Source of the DNA: an uncultured bacterium
GTDB lineage: Bacteria > Verrucomicrobiota > Verrucomicrobiia > Limisphaerales > UBA8199
DNA length: 64,000 nt
Direction: 5' to 3'
NCBI GenBank assembly: GCA_963749495.1
Contig: CAVVMW010000016.1
Span: forward strand, 1 to 64,000
Shown here: in pieces, positions 8,918 to 20,077 of the stretch
Numbering within the stretch: position 1 is the first letter of the stretch
Layout of the letters: each line of letters begins with the position of its first letter
Position numbers and translations under genes: made by a program
Notes under the pieces: generated by a model
The model's database searches: none
The model's input: the letters and a program-made list of their open reading frames with translations, nothing else
What the model was told of the DNA's origin: nothing

Positions 8918-11467
8918 TTACAGCGCCGCTATTGCGGCCAGCCTGAGGCTCGGTTCGTTCGAGGCGCGGGACTGGGCCAAATCCACCTCGAACTGCGCCA
9001 CCCAGTCGTTGTGCTCTTCGGGGTCAACGAGCATCTGCTGGACGCGCCAGGTGAGTTTATCCTCGGAGGCAATGACGTAGGTGTGGCGCAGGTTGCGGGC
9101 GTTGGGGTCCAGACAGATGCGCGCGTGCTCCGCGTGATAGGCCTGGAGGCGCTGGGCGAGCCGCTCGGCGGTCCAGGGCTGGCCGTCGGCGCCCAGCGGC
9201 GAGCTCAGATGGGTGAGGGCCTGCTCGAAGTCCTCGTTCACCAGGCCGCGCAGGAAGGAGAAGATGCGGTTGCGGATGGAGGCGGTGAAGGCCTTGGCGT
9301 CGCCGGTGATGTCCGCCGCCGCAGCCTGCGCGCCGGGCGGGCGGACGTCCTGGGTCTGGGCGCGCGGCAGGTAATTGGGGTCGCGCATCTTCTCCCATTC
9401 CTCGAGCAGGCTGGAGTCCACCTGGCGAATGAGCGTGCCCAGGTAGAGTTCCATTTCCCGGACCGGCTCGGTCTTGGCGTTGTCCGGCACCGTCTGCGCG
9501 AGGACCTTATAGGCGCTGTTCAAGTGCCGGAGCAGGAGCCCTTCGGAGCGCTGCAGCTCGTAATCCCGGATATAATCAGGGAAGGACCGGAAGCTCTCGA
9601 ACATCTCGCGCGCGATGGACTTGGGCCGGATGTTCTCCTGGCCGACCCACGGATGCCTGTCGGCAAAGGCGTTGAAGGTGGAATAGACGAACTCGCGGTT
9701 GGGCTTGGGGTATTCGAGCTTCTCCAGTTCCTCCATCCGCTCTTCGTATGGGATGCCGGCCAGCTTCATCTCGGCTATCTTCGAGCCCTTGAGCTTGTCG
9801 AGTTGCTTGCGCAGGATGACCTCCGGGTCCTCGAGGATGGATTCGACCAGGGTGAGCAGGACCAGCGGGTAATCGGGCGCCTGGGGGTCCAGCATCGGGA
9901 TCGTGTCCAGAAGGTAGAGCGAGAGCGCCTGGTCCATCGAGAAATCGTCCTGCAACTCGACATTGACCCTCAGGTACGCCCCCGCGTCGGTCCGGGGAAT
10001 GAACTCGATGATCTGGCGCTCCACCAGGGAACGGAACAGTTGCCAGGCGCGTTTGGTGTGGTCCTTCCTGGCCCTTGGCGTCTCGTGGCAGTCGCCAATC
10101 AGCCGCTGCATCGCCCGGCAGCCGTCGCCCTTCCGGCTCAGGACGTTGAGCAGCATCCCGTGCGAGACCTGGAACCTCGAGGTCAGCCGCTCGGGCAGCG
10201 CGCGCACCAGCCGAAGAAACGTCTGTTTGTCCCAGTTGACGAAATTCCTCTCCGGGGGCTTGCGCTTGACGGACCTCTTGCCGTCCCGCGCGGCCTTCTC
10301 CTCCAGCTTGAGGTTCTCGATGACGTGCTCCGGCGCCTGCGCCACCACCCAGCCGCGCTCATCGAACCCCTTGCGCCCGGCCCGGCCGGCGATCTGGTGA
10401 AAATCGCGCGCGCTCAGGATGGCGGTCTTCTGCCCGTCGAATTTGCAGAGCCGGGTGAAAAGGACCGTGCGGATGGGCATGTTGATGCCGGCCCCGAGCG
10501 TGTCGGTGCCGCACACCACCTTGAGCATCCCCTTTTGCGTCAGTTGCTCGACCAGCACCCGATACTTGGGCAGCAGGCCCGCGTGGTGCAACCCGATGCC
10601 GTGTTTGAGCCACCTCCGGATCTCGGGACCGTAAGGGCTGCTGAATTTGAACCCCTCCAGCGCGCTGGCGATGGCGTTCTTCTCCTCGCGCGTGCAGACG
10701 TTGATGCTGGTGAAGTCCTGGGCGCTTTGCGCCGCCTCGACCTGGGTGAAATGCACCACATAGACCGGGCCCTTGCCCTCGCCCGCCAACCGCTCCAGCG
10801 TCTGGGCCAGCGGCATCTCCGCATACGCATACTCCAGCGGCACCGGCCGCTCCGTGGACTGGACGGTGACGCTCGGCCGGCCGTTGAGCCGCGTGAGTTG
10901 CTCCTCGAAAAAGGCCGTCTCGCCCAGCGTCGCCGACATCAACAGGAACCGCGCCTGCGGCAGCGTCAGCAGCGGCACCTGCCAGGCCACGCCCCGCTCC
11001 CGGTCGGCGTAGTAATGGAACTCATCGAGGATCACCTCCCGCACGTCCAGCGCCCCGCCTTGGCGCAGGGCGATATTGGCCAGGATCTCCGCCGTGCAGC
11101 ACAGCACGGGGGCGTCGCGGTTCACCGTGGCGTCGCCCGTGCTCAGCCCCACGTTGTCCGGGCCGAACTCCCGGCACAGGGCCATCCACTTCTCGTTCAC
11201 CAGGGCCTTGATCGGGCACGTATAGACCGAGCGCCTGCCCTGGGCCAGGGCCTTGAACTGGACCGCCGCCGCCACCAGCGACTTGCCCGAGCCGGTCGGC
11301 GTGTTCAGGATCACGTTCTTCTCCTCGAACAATTCCAAGAGGGCCGCCTCCTGCGCCGGGTACAACGTCAACCCCTTGCTCTCGGTGTATTCCAGGAACC
11401 GCCCCAGCAGCAGGTCGTTCCCCGGGCGCTCCTCCCGGGGCAGAAGGTCGTATAGTGTCAGAGGCAC
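8918..11467 (-). CDS. Ski2/HelY-like DEAD/DEAH helicase with DUF3516
   Basis: [34 protein letters not shown]; start placed at GTG downstream of the heptamer repeat. Confidence 0.9.
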   Translation of the reverse strand: MPLTLYDLLPREERPGNDLLLGRFLEYTESKGLTLYPAQEAALLELFEEKNVILNTPTGSGKSLVAAAVQFKALAQGRRSVYTCPIKALVNEKWMALCREFGPDNVGLSTGDATVNRDAPVLCCTAEILANIALRQGGALDVREVILDEFHYYADRERGVAWQVPLLTLPQARFLLMSATLGETAFFEEQLTRLNGRPSVTVQSTERPVPLEYAYAEMPLAQTLERLAGEGKGPVYVVHFTQVEAAQSAQDFTSINVCTREEKNAIASALEGFKFSSPYGPEIRRWLKHGIGLHHAGLLPKYRVLVEQLTQKGMLKVVCGTDTLGAGINMPIRTVLFTRLCKFDGQKTAILSARDFHQIAGRAGRKGFDERGWVVAQAPEHVIENLKLEEKAARDGKRSVKRKPPERNFVNWDKQTFLRLVRALPERLTSRFQVSHGMLLNVLSRKGDGCRAMQRLIGDCHETPRARKDHTKRAWQLFRSLVERQIIEFIPRTDAGAYLRVNVELQDDFSMDQALSLYLLDTIPMLDPQAPDYPLVLLTLVESILEDPEVILRKQLDKLKGSKIAEMKLAGIPYEERMEELEKLEYPKPNREFVYSTFNAFADRHPWVGQENIRPKSIAREMFESFRSFPDYIRDYELQRSEGLLLRHLNSAYKVLAQTVPDNAKTEPVREMELYLGTLIRQVDSSLLEEWEKMRDPNYLPRAQTQDVRPPGAQAAAADITGDAKAFTASIRNRIFSFLRGLVNEDFEQALTHLSSPLGADGQPWTAERLAQRLQAYHAEHARICLDPNARNLRHTYVIASEDKLTWRVQQMLVDPEEHNDWVAQFEVDLAQSRASNEPSLRLAAIAAL

Positions 11468-11499
11468 GATGCCCAGAATGTAGCCGATGGGGGACGGGT

Positions 11500-11593
11500 G
11501 TCGAATGACGAATGTCGAATGACGAATGACGAAGGTGCCGGGCGGGGTTGCCCATTCGTCATTCGTCATTCGTCATTCGTCATTCGTCATTCG
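11500..11593. repeat. Inverted tandem heptamer (GAATGAC)n/(GTCATTC)n; also 14654-14679 and 40384-40498
   Basis: Direct reading. Confidence 0.9.
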
Positions 11594-11663
11594 CCCCCCC
11601 CGGGGGGCGAGGATCATTTGTCTAACTAATTGATACCAAAAGAGATATTGCCACAATTAGAAA

Positions 11664-11690
11664 TTGACACGGTATCCAGTAGTGGATAAT
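11664..11690 (+). promoter_or_regulatory. Putative korAB promoter with TATCCA-N4-TGGATA palindrome
   Basis: TTGACA 11664-11669, GATAAT 11685-11690 (short 15-nt spacer), palindrome 11673-11688 in an AT-rich intergenic stretch. Confidence 0.45.
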
Positions 11691-11764
11691 GTGGAGACGG
11701 TTTTCAGCAGCGGAGCCGCCTCCGGCCTTGCGCTGCTGCGGCCGGCTTTGATTTATTGCAGTTC

Positions 11765-13593
11765 ATGAACGATACAAGTTTGACAGACCAGCCCTCGGCT
11801 GGCGCACCCGGGGTCTCGCGCGTCTCGGAGGCGGTGATCCGCATCGCGGGCAATTCCCAGGACGGCATCCAGGCCATCGGCGGTTTTCTGGCGCGCCTGG
11901 CGGGCCGCAGCGAGCAGGAGGTCATGACCTTCATGACTATCCCCTCGACGATCTCGGGCGGCCCCTCGATCTTCCAGGTCCGCATCAGTTCGGGCGAGGT
12001 GCTCAGCGCGGGCGACGAGGCGGACGTGCTGCTGGCGTTTTACCAGCATTCCTACGAGGACCACTTCCATTCGGTCAAACGGGGGGGGATCGTGCTGTAT
12101 GACAGCGACCACGTGGAGGCCCGGCCGGAATGGCTGGAGGGCTGCCATCATGTGGGGATCCCGATCTCGACGATGACCATCGAGGCGATTGGGGGCACGG
12201 CCAAGGACAAGGGCAAGAATCTGTTTGCCTTGGGGTTGCTGGCGAAGATGTACGATTTGAACGTGCCGCGGGTCGAGGCGCTGATTCGGGAACGGTTTGG
12301 GGGCAAAGACGCGGCGGTGCTCAACAGCGCGCTGGCGGCGTTCCAGGCGGGCAACAACTACTCGCTGGAGGGCCTGGTGCGGACCTTCCGGTTTGCCGAG
12401 GGCCCGCGGCGGGAGGGCCAGCAGGTGGTGATGAACGGCAACGAGGCCCTCGCCTACGGTCTGCTGGCCGCGGGGGTGCGCTTCGGCGCGGCCTATCCCA
12501 TCACGCCGTGGTCGGACGTGATGGAGATCCTGCGGCGCGAGATGCCCAAGTACGGCGGGACGTTCGTCCAGTGCGAAGACGAGATCGCGGCCGTCTCGAT
12601 GGCGATCGGGGCGAGCTTTGCCGGGCGCGTGGCGGCCACCGGTTCGAGCGGCCCGGGCATCTCGCTCAAGATGGAGTCGGTGGGCTGGGCGGTGATGGCC
12701 GAGGTGCCGCTGGTGATTATCAACGTGCAGCGCGGGGCCCTTCGACGGGCCTGCCGACCCAGGTCGAGCAATCGGACCTGAACCTGGCGTGCTTTGGCAG
12801 CCACGGCGACGCGCCGCGCGTGGTCCTGGCCCCGGCCAACGTCCAGGACTGCTTCTACACGGCCATCGAGGCCGTCAATATCGCGCGGCAGTACAACGTG
12901 CCGGTGTTCGTGCTGAGCGACCAGTCAATCGCCACACGCATCGAGGCCTTCCCGGAGCCGGACCTGGAGCGGACTTGCCAGGACATCGGCCCGGATCTTT
13001 CGCCGGTGGCGGACTGCAAGCCCTACGACCTCTCGGCGCCCAACAGCGTCACCCCGCGCGTGGTCCCCGGCACGCCGATCCTCAGCGGGCGCTACCCGAT
13101 TGCCGGGGGCCTGGAGCACGACGAATTGGGCCACCCCACCGGCTCGCCCAGGCTGCACTCGGAGATGAACGCCAAGCGCCGGAAAAAGCTCCAGGCCCTG
13201 GCCGCGACCCTGCCGCAGCCCAAGGTCTATGGCCCCCCCGAGGGCAACATGTTGCTCGTCGGCTGGGGCTCGACCCAAGGCCCCATCCGCGAGGCCGTGG
13301 ACCGCGCCCGCGCCGCCGGCGACAGCGTCTCCGCTCTCCATCTCAAGCACCTCCATCCACTGCCCTCCGGCCTGGACAACATCTTCTCCGGCTTCAACCT
13401 CATCCGCGTGGTCGAGATGAATGACCAGGGCCTCTACGGCTACGGCCAACTGGCCGGGGTGTTGCGCGCCCGCCTCTGCGACCCGAAGATTCGCGGCATC
13501 AACAAGACCGACGGCCTTACCTGGAAGGTGCGGGAGATCCTGGACCAGGTCAGGGCCGACCTGGCCGCCGGCCTGAACAGGCCTCAACCCTGA
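11765..13593 (+). CDS. korA: 2-oxoacid:ferredoxin oxidoreductase alpha subunit (frameshift near 12735)
   Basis: IAGNSQDG, MNGNEA, YPITP, EDEIAA, SSGPG, VQRG then GPSTGLPT in the next frame, GLEHDE, VGWGST. Confidence 0.9.
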
Positions 13594-13635
13594 CCCCTTT
13601 TTGAACGCTCCAACGCCCCAACGCTCCAACGATTT

Positions 13636-14583
13636 ATGACCGTGACTACCCCCGAGATCCCTGCGCAAACCAGCCCGGACGTGGTCCCCGCGCCCACACC
13701 GCCCGCCGCCCAGCACAAGCCGCTCACCAAAAAGGAAATCGCCGCCGACCATCCGACCTGGTGCCCCGGGTGCGGGGATTTCTCCGTGCTGGCGCTCTAT
13801 TTCAAGCTGATCGAAAAGCGCAAGCTCTGGCAGGAGAAGATCATCACCGTCTCCGGCATCGGCTGTTCGAGCCGCTTCCCTTATTTCGTCCAGGCTTACG
13901 GGGCGCATTATATTCATGGGCGTTCGCTGGCCTTTGCCAGCGGCGTCTCGCTCTCCCGGCCCGACCTCCACGTCTTTGTCTTTGGCGGCGACGGCGACCT
14001 CTTCTCGATTGGCGGCAACCATTTCACTCACACCGCCCGCAAGAACATCAAGCTCACCTGCGTGGCGATGGACAACTGGGTCTATGGCCTGACCAAGAAA
14101 CAGACCTCGCCCACCTCGCCGCTGGGCTTCAAGAGCAAGACCGACGTCTGGGGCGCCATCGATTACCCCATCAATCCCGTCAAGCAGGCCCTCGCCGCCG
14201 GCGCCACCTTCGTCGCCCGCACCACCCATTCCAACCCCAACCACGTCCTCCAGATGATGGAAGCCGCCATGGACCATGACGGCTTCAGCTTCATCGAGTG
14301 CCTCAGCGAGTGCGTTGAATTCTATGAAGGGGCCTTCGACGCCTCCAACCCCCGCAAGGGCGGCGCCTTCAACCCCGTGCCCGCAGGCCACGATGTCACC
14401 GACGAGACCGCCGCTTACAAGCTGGCCGACGCCGCCTTTCCCGGCTATTTTGGCATCTTCCACAAGGTCACCAAGCCGACCAAGAACGCCAAAGAGGCCG
14501 CTCTGAGCGCCGCCGCCCGTGAGAAGCTCCAGGGCCTCAAGGACTGGGAAATTCTGCAGAAGACCTTCAAGGGGATGAGGTGA
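13636..14583 (+). CDS. korB: 2-oxoacid:ferredoxin oxidoreductase beta subunit
   Basis: WCPGCGD, SGIGCSSR, HGR, GGDGD TPP-binding motif. Confidence 0.93.
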   Translation: MTVTTPEIPAQTSPDVVPAPTPPAAQHKPLTKKEIAADHPTWCPGCGDFSVLALYFKLIEKRKLWQEKIITVSGIGCSSRFPYFVQAYGAHYIHGRSLAFASGVSLSRPDLHVFVFGGDGDLFSIGGNHFTHTARKNIKLTCVAMDNWVYGLTKKQTSPTSPLGFKSKTDVWGAIDYPINPVKQALAAGATFVARTTHSNPNHVLQMMEAAMDHDGFSFIECLSECVEFYEGAFDASNPRKGGAFNPVPAGHDVTDETAAYKLADAAFPGYFGIFHKVTKPTKNAKEAALSAAAREKLQGLKDWEILQKTFKGMR

Positions 14584-14587
14584 GCGA

Positions 14588-14632
14588 GTCTGACGGGTCT
14601 GACCTGTCGGACGGGTCTGACGCGTCCGACGG
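14588..14632. repeat. 9-mer tandem repeat (GGTCTGACG-like); related copy 30688-30720
   Basis: Direct reading; both copies lie between convergent genes. Confidence 0.65.
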
Positions 14633-14665
14633 GCGGGGGAACCTCCGTTCCCCATTCGTCATTCG

Positions 14666-16264
14666 TCATTCGTCATTCGCCTTCCGCTCCACCGCGTACA
14701 AGTGCGTCATGGTCGCCACGTACAACGTCCCATTGGCGGCGGTGACGGAGGAACTGATCGGTGAACCCAGGTCGAGGGTGCTCAAGAGTTTCTTCTGGCG
14801 GCCTGCGGCCAGGACATAAAAGGCGCCCTCGCGCGTGCCCAGATAGACCTTGCCGTCGGCCACGAGGGGCGAGGCCCAGGCCTCGCCCTTGAGTTCGTGC
14901 GTCCAACATGCCTGGCCGGTGGCGATGTCGATACAGTGCAGGACGCGCCCGCAATCGGCAATGAAGGCCAGTCCGTCGGCCACGGCGGGCGTGGCCATGA
15001 CGTGCCGCTGGAGGGGGTAGGACCAGACCAGTCCGTTGGTGGTGATATTGCCGGTCCGGGTGGCATCGATGCACTTGAGCCAGGCCAGGTTCTTGCCCCA
15101 CCAGATGTCGCCCCCGCCCGCCACATAGAGACGGTTGCGGTCAAAGACCGGCATGCCGAAGAAGTCGCTTGGGCCTTCGCTGCGGTTGCTGTGGAACTTG
15201 TGAACGTTGGTCTTGGGGGCGGCGGGGTCGAAATCGAACTGCCAGACCTTGACCAGAGATTGGGGCGCCGGGGCGCCCGCCTGCGGCAAGGCTGGCTGGT
15301 GAACGGGCTCGAAGGCATAGACAATGCCGTTGCCGGCGGCAAAGAAGACCAGGGGCCGGCCGTTGACTTCGCCATAGGACGGGGCGGACCAGGTGCAGTG
15401 AAAGATGTTCGGGGCGATGCCCTCGCGCTCGCGGGCGACGAGGCAGCCGGTCCGTTTGTCCAGCGCCACCAGGCTCGGGGCGTCCGGGGCGCGGATGCGC
15501 CGGTGCGTGTTGTCCACCCCGGTGCCGGTGTTCAGGTAGAGCAGGTCACCCAGGATTAGGATGGAGCTGTGCGCCGCATCGTGCGACCAGATGCCCGCGC
15601 CGGCGGTCAAATCAAACAGCCAAAGAATGTCGGCATCCAACGGGCCGGGCGTCAATCTCGTCTGGGCCGCCCCGGGCGTCATGTGCGCCCCTTCATCCAG
15701 GAAGGGCCCGTCATTGCCATTGGCCATGCCCTGGGCGTCCAGGCAGAGGACCTCGCCCCGGTTGCTCACCACATAGACCCGCTCGCCCTGGACCGTCGGC
15801 GGCGAGCAGATCCCGCTCTGCGGCCAGTCGAAATAAATGTCCTCGACCCGTTTGGGCACGACCAGTTGCCAGAGAAGGCGCCCGGTCTTCTCCTCGAGAC
15901 ACATCAGCACCCCGCGGTCGCCCTGGTGCTTGGGGTCGCGCGGTTCACCGTTGTTGGTGCCGATATAGACCCGCCCGCCGGCGATGATGGGCGTGGCATG
16001 AGTCTCGGTGCCCAACCGGACCGACCACCGCACGTTCCGCCCGCTTTGCGGGTCGAAAGAAGAGGGCAGACCGCGCTCGCCGGAGACCATGTTGCGCGAC
16101 CAGGCCTCGCCCCACTGCGGTTGGTCGGCTGCCCGGATCTCCGGCGCCAAGGCGGCCAGCGCCACTGCGGTCAGCAGCCCCGCCCAAGCCCCGCCGGAGC
16201 GCGCGCTCTGAGCCCAAACAAATGCCGGATGGTGCGAAGAAGATGACTTGCGGGCTGCTGCCAT
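14666..16264 (-). CDS. PQQ-like beta-propeller secreted protein
   Basis: Signal peptide, QWG..SRNMVS, repeated SP.VADG.VY/TG.L.W motifs. Confidence 0.85.
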   Translation of the reverse strand: MAAARKSSSSHHPAFVWAQSARSGGAWAGLLTAVALAALAPEIRAADQPQWGEAWSRNMVSGERGLPSSFDPQSGRNVRWSVRLGTETHATPIIAGGRVYIGTNNGEPRDPKHQGDRGVLMCLEEKTGRLLWQLVVPKRVEDIYFDWPQSGICSPPTVQGERVYVVSNRGEVLCLDAQGMANGNDGPFLDEGAHMTPGAAQTRLTPGPLDADILWLFDLTAGAGIWSHDAAHSSILILGDLLYLNTGTGVDNTHRRIRAPDAPSLVALDKRTGCLVAREREGIAPNIFHCTWSAPSYGEVNGRPLVFFAAGNGIVYAFEPVHQPALPQAGAPAPQSLVKVWQFDFDPAAPKTNVHKFHSNRSEGPSDFFGMPVFDRNRLYVAGGGDIWWGKNLAWLKCIDATRTGNITTNGLVWSYPLQRHVMATPAVADGLAFIADCGRVLHCIDIATGQACWTHELKGEAWASPLVADGKVYLGTREGAFYVLAAGRQKKLLSTLDLGSPISSSVTAANGTLYVATMTHLYAVERKANDE

Positions 16265-16407
16265 GGCCCAACGGTAGCAACGTCCCCTCCCAACGCCAAG
16301 AGAAAGTGGGAATGTAGCCGGTGAATGCGCAAACAGAGTCCCCAGCGGACCCCTCACCCCAACCCTTAGAGGGAAAGCAACGTGACGTGACTCCGGCTTC
16401 CCAGGTT

Positions 16408-16630
16408 CATCCCGGAGGGATGAGAGAAGGTAGCCGGGGGTCGAAGCGCAAGCGAGACCCCCGGTTCAGCGGCGGTGCGCGTTTGCATCCCGGAGGGATG
16501 CCAGAGGCTCACCCGCACGGACGCTCCTTTCTGGCACCCCATCCGGGGTGCAGGGCCCTCGACGCATTCAACCGGGGGTCGCGGGCGAGGCCGCGACCCC
16601 CGGCTACCTTCTGGCAACCCTCCGGGTTGC
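16408..16630. repeat. REP-like palindromic cluster (family C, CATCCCGGAGGGATG / GAAGGTAGCCGGGGGTCG); inverted copy 28785-29005
   Basis: Two related copies in opposite orientation. Confidence 0.85.
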
Positions 16631-16767
16631 CTCTCCCGCGGTGGTACCTGGGAGCTGCCCCCGGCCTTACCCTCCCGTGCGCCGCCGGCTTGCGCGGACC
16701 CATTCCAAGCCTGTAAATTGGAGCGGGTTGCCCGTCGGTGGCCCGAGCCTGAGAACGCAAAGCTGCT

Positions 16768-17829
16768 ATGAGCGCTGTCGGACGAAACGATCCCTGCCCG
16801 TGCGGCAGTGGAAAGAAATACAAGAAGTGCTGTCTGCCACGGGACGAGGCGCTGGCGCTGACGGCCGCCCCCGCCCCCGAGCCCGCAGCCAACGAGCCGG
16901 CCGAGGAGCCGTTTACGACGCTGCTGCGGCCGGACCTGGACAAGGCCGTCGATCAATTGTTGCAACGGTTAGAGCGCGGGCAGGGCCGGGGCCTGAGGCC
17001 CGAGTTGGAGGCGCTGCTCCGGGAGCACCCCGAATATCATATGACCAACTATGCGATGGGGGTGTACCTGGGCATGGTCGAGCAGCAGCCCGTTGCCGCT
17101 ATCCCGTTTTTCGAGAAGGCCGTCCGCATCTTTCCGCTCCTGACCGAGGCGCACTACAACCTGGGCGGCAGTTATGTGAAGGCCTGCCGTGTCGCAGATG
17201 CGGTTGCCTCGTACCGCAAGGCGATTCGATACTCCAGGAACGACAACGGGATTGACGCTATGGCGCGGCAAAGAATCGCCGAGTTGGAGCAGCTTGTGAA
17301 GCGCAACTCCCAGTGCCCAACCATTGATGCCTACGTCGAGAACCAGAAACTATTTGATCGGGCCTTCGAGCACTTGAGAAGGCAACAATACAAAGAGGCG
17401 GTTGAGCTTTTCAGCAAGGTCCTGGAGCAGGATCCCGGGCACGTCCAGTCCTGCGGCAACCTGGGCCTGGCTTATGCCGGGCTTGGCAGGAGGGCCTCGG
17501 CCCTGGAATGCCTGGACAAGGCCCTTGCCCTGGACCCCTCCTACGCGCCGGCCCGCAACAACCGCCTCATCATCCGCGAAATGAAGGAGGGAGAGCCGCA
17601 CATTCCCGGAATCTTTGCCGAGACTGAGTTTTACCGCGAGCAATTCGAGGCCGAAGAGGCCCGGAAGGCCCGTCGAGGAGAGAAGACCAGAGCCTTGAAC
17701 CGGGCGGTGTCTCCCGACGCGGAGCGTAAGGCGCGGAAAGCCGGCTGGTGGGACATGGTCAAAGCCTTGGCCGGGGTGGTGCCGCCCAAAGCGAAGCGCA
17801 AGGCCCGGAAAGGCGGCGCGCAAAAATAG
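16768..17829 (+). CDS. SEC-C motif + TPR protein
   Basis: GRNDPCPCGSGKKYKKCC; TPR motifs AHYNLG, NLGLAY..LG. Confidence 0.88.
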   Translation: MSAVGRNDPCPCGSGKKYKKCCLPRDEALALTAAPAPEPAANEPAEEPFTTLLRPDLDKAVDQLLQRLERGQGRGLRPELEALLREHPEYHMTNYAMGVYLGMVEQQPVAAIPFFEKAVRIFPLLTEAHYNLGGSYVKACRVADAVASYRKAIRYSRNDNGIDAMARQRIAELEQLVKRNSQCPTIDAYVENQKLFDRAFEHLRRQQYKEAVELFSKVLEQDPGHVQSCGNLGLAYAGLGRRASALECLDKALALDPSYAPARNNRLIIREMKEGEPHIPGIFAETEFYREQFEAEEARKARRGEKTRALNRAVSPDAERKARKAGWWDMVKALAGVVPPKAKRKARKGGAQK

Positions 17830-17889
17830 ATGGTACAACCACGGCGCTTTCCCGGGTAGCCTCCTCTAATCCCGAAGGGATAGAATCAC

Positions 17890-19215
17890 TTAGATGAACT
17901 CGTTGATGAGGTTTTCGAGGTATTCCTGGCGGCCGCTGGAGTTGGGGGCGGGGTCGCCTTTCTTGAGCATATAGGCCTCGAGGTCCTTGAAGCCGGCCTT
18001 GCCGGCCTCGATTTGGGCGCCGATGCCGCTGTTCCAGGAGTCGTAGCGTTGGCGGACGAATTGGGCCAGGCGGCCGTCTTTGCGGATGGCGGCGGCGGTC
18101 TTCAAGCCGCGGGCAAAGGCATCCATGCCGCCGATGTGGGCGTAGAAGAGGTCCACCGGCTCGAAGCTTTCGCGGCGGACCTTGGCGTCGAAGTTGGTGC
18201 CGCCAGTCACGAACCCGCCCATCTTGAGGATCGAGAGCATGATCTCGGTCGTGAGATAGACGTTGGTGGGGAACTGGTCGGTGTCCCAGCCCAGGAGCAT
18301 GTCGCCCGTGTTGGCGTCGATCGAGCCCAGGGCGCCGGCGGCGATGGCCACCTCCAGTTCGTGCTGCATGGTGTGCCCGGCCAGGGTGGCGTGGTTGGTC
18401 TCGAGGTTCAGTTTCAAATCGCCCAGCAGGCCGTGTTCGCGCAGGAAGTTCAGGCACGCCGCCGCATCGGAATCGTATTGGTGCTTGGTCGGTTCCTTGG
18501 GTTTGGGTTCGATGTAGAACTGGCCCTTGAACCCGATGGCCTTCTTGTGGTCCACGGCCAGGTGCAGGAACCTGCCCAGGTGGTCCAACTCCCGTTTGAG
18601 GTCAGTGTTCAGGAGGGTCGTGTAGCCCTCGCGCCCGCCCCAGAAGACATAGCCGGCGCCCCCCAGTTCATGAGTGACCTCGATGGCCTTCTTCACCTGC
18701 GCCGCCGCGTAGGCGAAGATGTCGGCGTTGCAACTGGTGGCGGCGCCATGGGCGAACCGCGGATGGGCAAAGAGGCAGGCCGTGCCCCACAGCAACCGCA
18801 CGCCCGTGCGCTGCTGCTCCGCCTTGAGCACCTTCACGATCGCGTCCAGGTTCCGGTTGGTCTCGCGCAGGTCCTTGCCTTCGGGCGCAACGTCCCGGTC
18901 GTGGAACGTATAGAACGGAGCGCCCAGCTTCTCCAGGAACTCGAACGCCACGCGCACTCGCGTCTCCGCCATCTCCAGCGAGTCGCTCCCGTCCTCCCAC
19001 GGGCGCACCGCTGTGCCCGAGCCGAACATGTCGGACAACTGCCCCCGGATTGTGTGCCAATAGGTCACCGAGAACCGGAGATGGTCCTTCATCGATTTGC
19101 CTTCGACCAGTTCCTCCGGGTTGTAATGCTTGAAGGCCAGCGGGTTTTTCGAGTCCGGTCCTTCATACTGTATTCTCGAGATGCCAGGGAAAAACTCTTT
19201 GGATTGTCTTTTCAT
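17890..19215 (-). CDS. xylA: Xylose isomerase (class II)
   Basis: [45 protein letters not shown]. Confidence 0.97.
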   Translation of the reverse strand: MKRQSKEFFPGISRIQYEGPDSKNPLAFKHYNPEELVEGKSMKDHLRFSVTYWHTIRGQLSDMFGSGTAVRPWEDGSDSLEMAETRVRVAFEFLEKLGAPFYTFHDRDVAPEGKDLRETNRNLDAIVKVLKAEQQRTGVRLLWGTACLFAHPRFAHGAATSCNADIFAYAAAQVKKAIEVTHELGGAGYVFWGGREGYTTLLNTDLKRELDHLGRFLHLAVDHKKAIGFKGQFYIEPKPKEPTKHQYDSDAAACLNFLREHGLLGDLKLNLETNHATLAGHTMQHELEVAIAAGALGSIDANTGDMLLGWDTDQFPTNVYLTTEIMLSILKMGGFVTGGTNFDAKVRRESFEPVDLFYAHIGGMDAFARGLKTAAAIRKDGRLAQFVRQRYDSWNSGIGAQIEAGKAGFKDLEAYMLKKGDPAPNSSGRQEYLENLINEFI

Positions 19216-19365
19216 GCGCGCGTCGCAATTCGCCCCGCAGGCTAAGGGCCGACCGCCCGGAGCGCAAGCCGGAACAGAGGGCGCACGGCGGGTCGTGGGT
19301 GCAGGACAAAAAGCTCATCCTCCCTGTTGACAAACGGCGGGTGCGGGTGTTTAGCTCCCAACGTT

Positions 19366-19668
19366 TTGCCGGCGAGATTCACAGTTGAGTTCACTGGAAA
19401 GGCCCTCCGCCACTTGGAGGGATTTCGGAAGTTTGACCGGAATATCATCTTGGACGGTATCAAAGCGCAGTTGCCGTTTGAGCCTCTACGGGAGACGCGA
19501 AACAGGAAACCGCTACGACCCAACCCCGTCGCGGACTGGGAGTTGCGGATCAGACAACATCGGGTATTCTACGACGTGGATGAGGACGCGGCTCGCGTCC
19601 GGATAGTTGCGGTCGGTTATAAAGAACACAATAAGCTGTTCATCGGCGGAGAACAGTTCGAGTTATGA
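19366..19668 (+). CDS. RelE/ParE-family toxin
   Basis: ETRNRKPLRPN, WELRIRQHRVFYDV, IVAVGYK; ATGA-coupled to the next ORF. Confidence 0.85.
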   Translation: MPARFTVEFTGKALRHLEGFRKFDRNIILDGIKAQLPFEPLRETRNRKPLRPNPVADWELRIRQHRVFYDVDEDAARVRIVAVGYKEHNKLFIGGEQFEL

Positions 19669-19907
19669 AGACGATTGATTTGGCTGGAAACAAGCTTTCG
19701 CTGGATGAGGCGCTGAATTCTGCGCGAGGGGAGTCGCTCTTGCTCAAGTGCGCTAACGGCGAGCAGTTCGTGATCAGCCTCGCCGATGATTTCGCGACGG
19801 AAGTGGAATTATTGCGCAGGAATCATGCATTCCTGGACTTCCTGGATTCGTGCAAGGAGGACCAAACCCGCGTGTCCTTGGAGGAAGCAGAGAAGAGGTT
19901 GCGGTGA
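19665..19907 (+). CDS. Cognate antitoxin (Phd-like)
   Basis: 80 aa acidic protein coupled to the toxin, ends SLEEAEKRL. Confidence 0.7.
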   Translation: MKTIDLAGNKLSLDEALNSARGESLLLKCANGEQFVISLADDFATEVELLRRNHAFLDFLDSCKEDQTRVSLEEAEKRLR

Positions 19908-19942
19908 AAACCACCTGGATTTCGGCACAGTAGAGCACTCTC

Positions 19943-20077
19943 CTCCGTCCTCCGCCCTCCGTCCTCCGCCCTCCGTCCTCCGCCCTCCGTCCTCCGTCCT
20001 CTGTCCTCCGTCCTCTGTCCTCCGTCCTCTGTCCTCCGTCCTCCGCCCTCCGTCCTCTGTCCTCCGTCCTCCGCCCT
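19943..20077. repeat. Heptamer tandem array (CCTCCGT)n, about 19 units
   Basis: Direct reading; abuts the galE stop. Confidence 0.92.

Noticed and set aside
8090..11455. 1121-aa plus-strand ORF and similar long ORFs (93-1400, 3810-5660, 12925-14655, 36879-38714, 40480-42561, 50078-51655)
   Set aside because: Antisense shadows of well-supported genes in high-GC DNA
11467..11569. MTNDE N-terminal extensions of the helicase and other ORFs
   Set aside because: Translation of the GAATGAC heptamer repeat, not real starts
12720..12790. Programmed frameshifting or pseudogenisation of korA, and likewise guaB and exbB
   Set aside because: No slippery heptamers seen; many unrelated genes are affected; assembly error is more parsimonious
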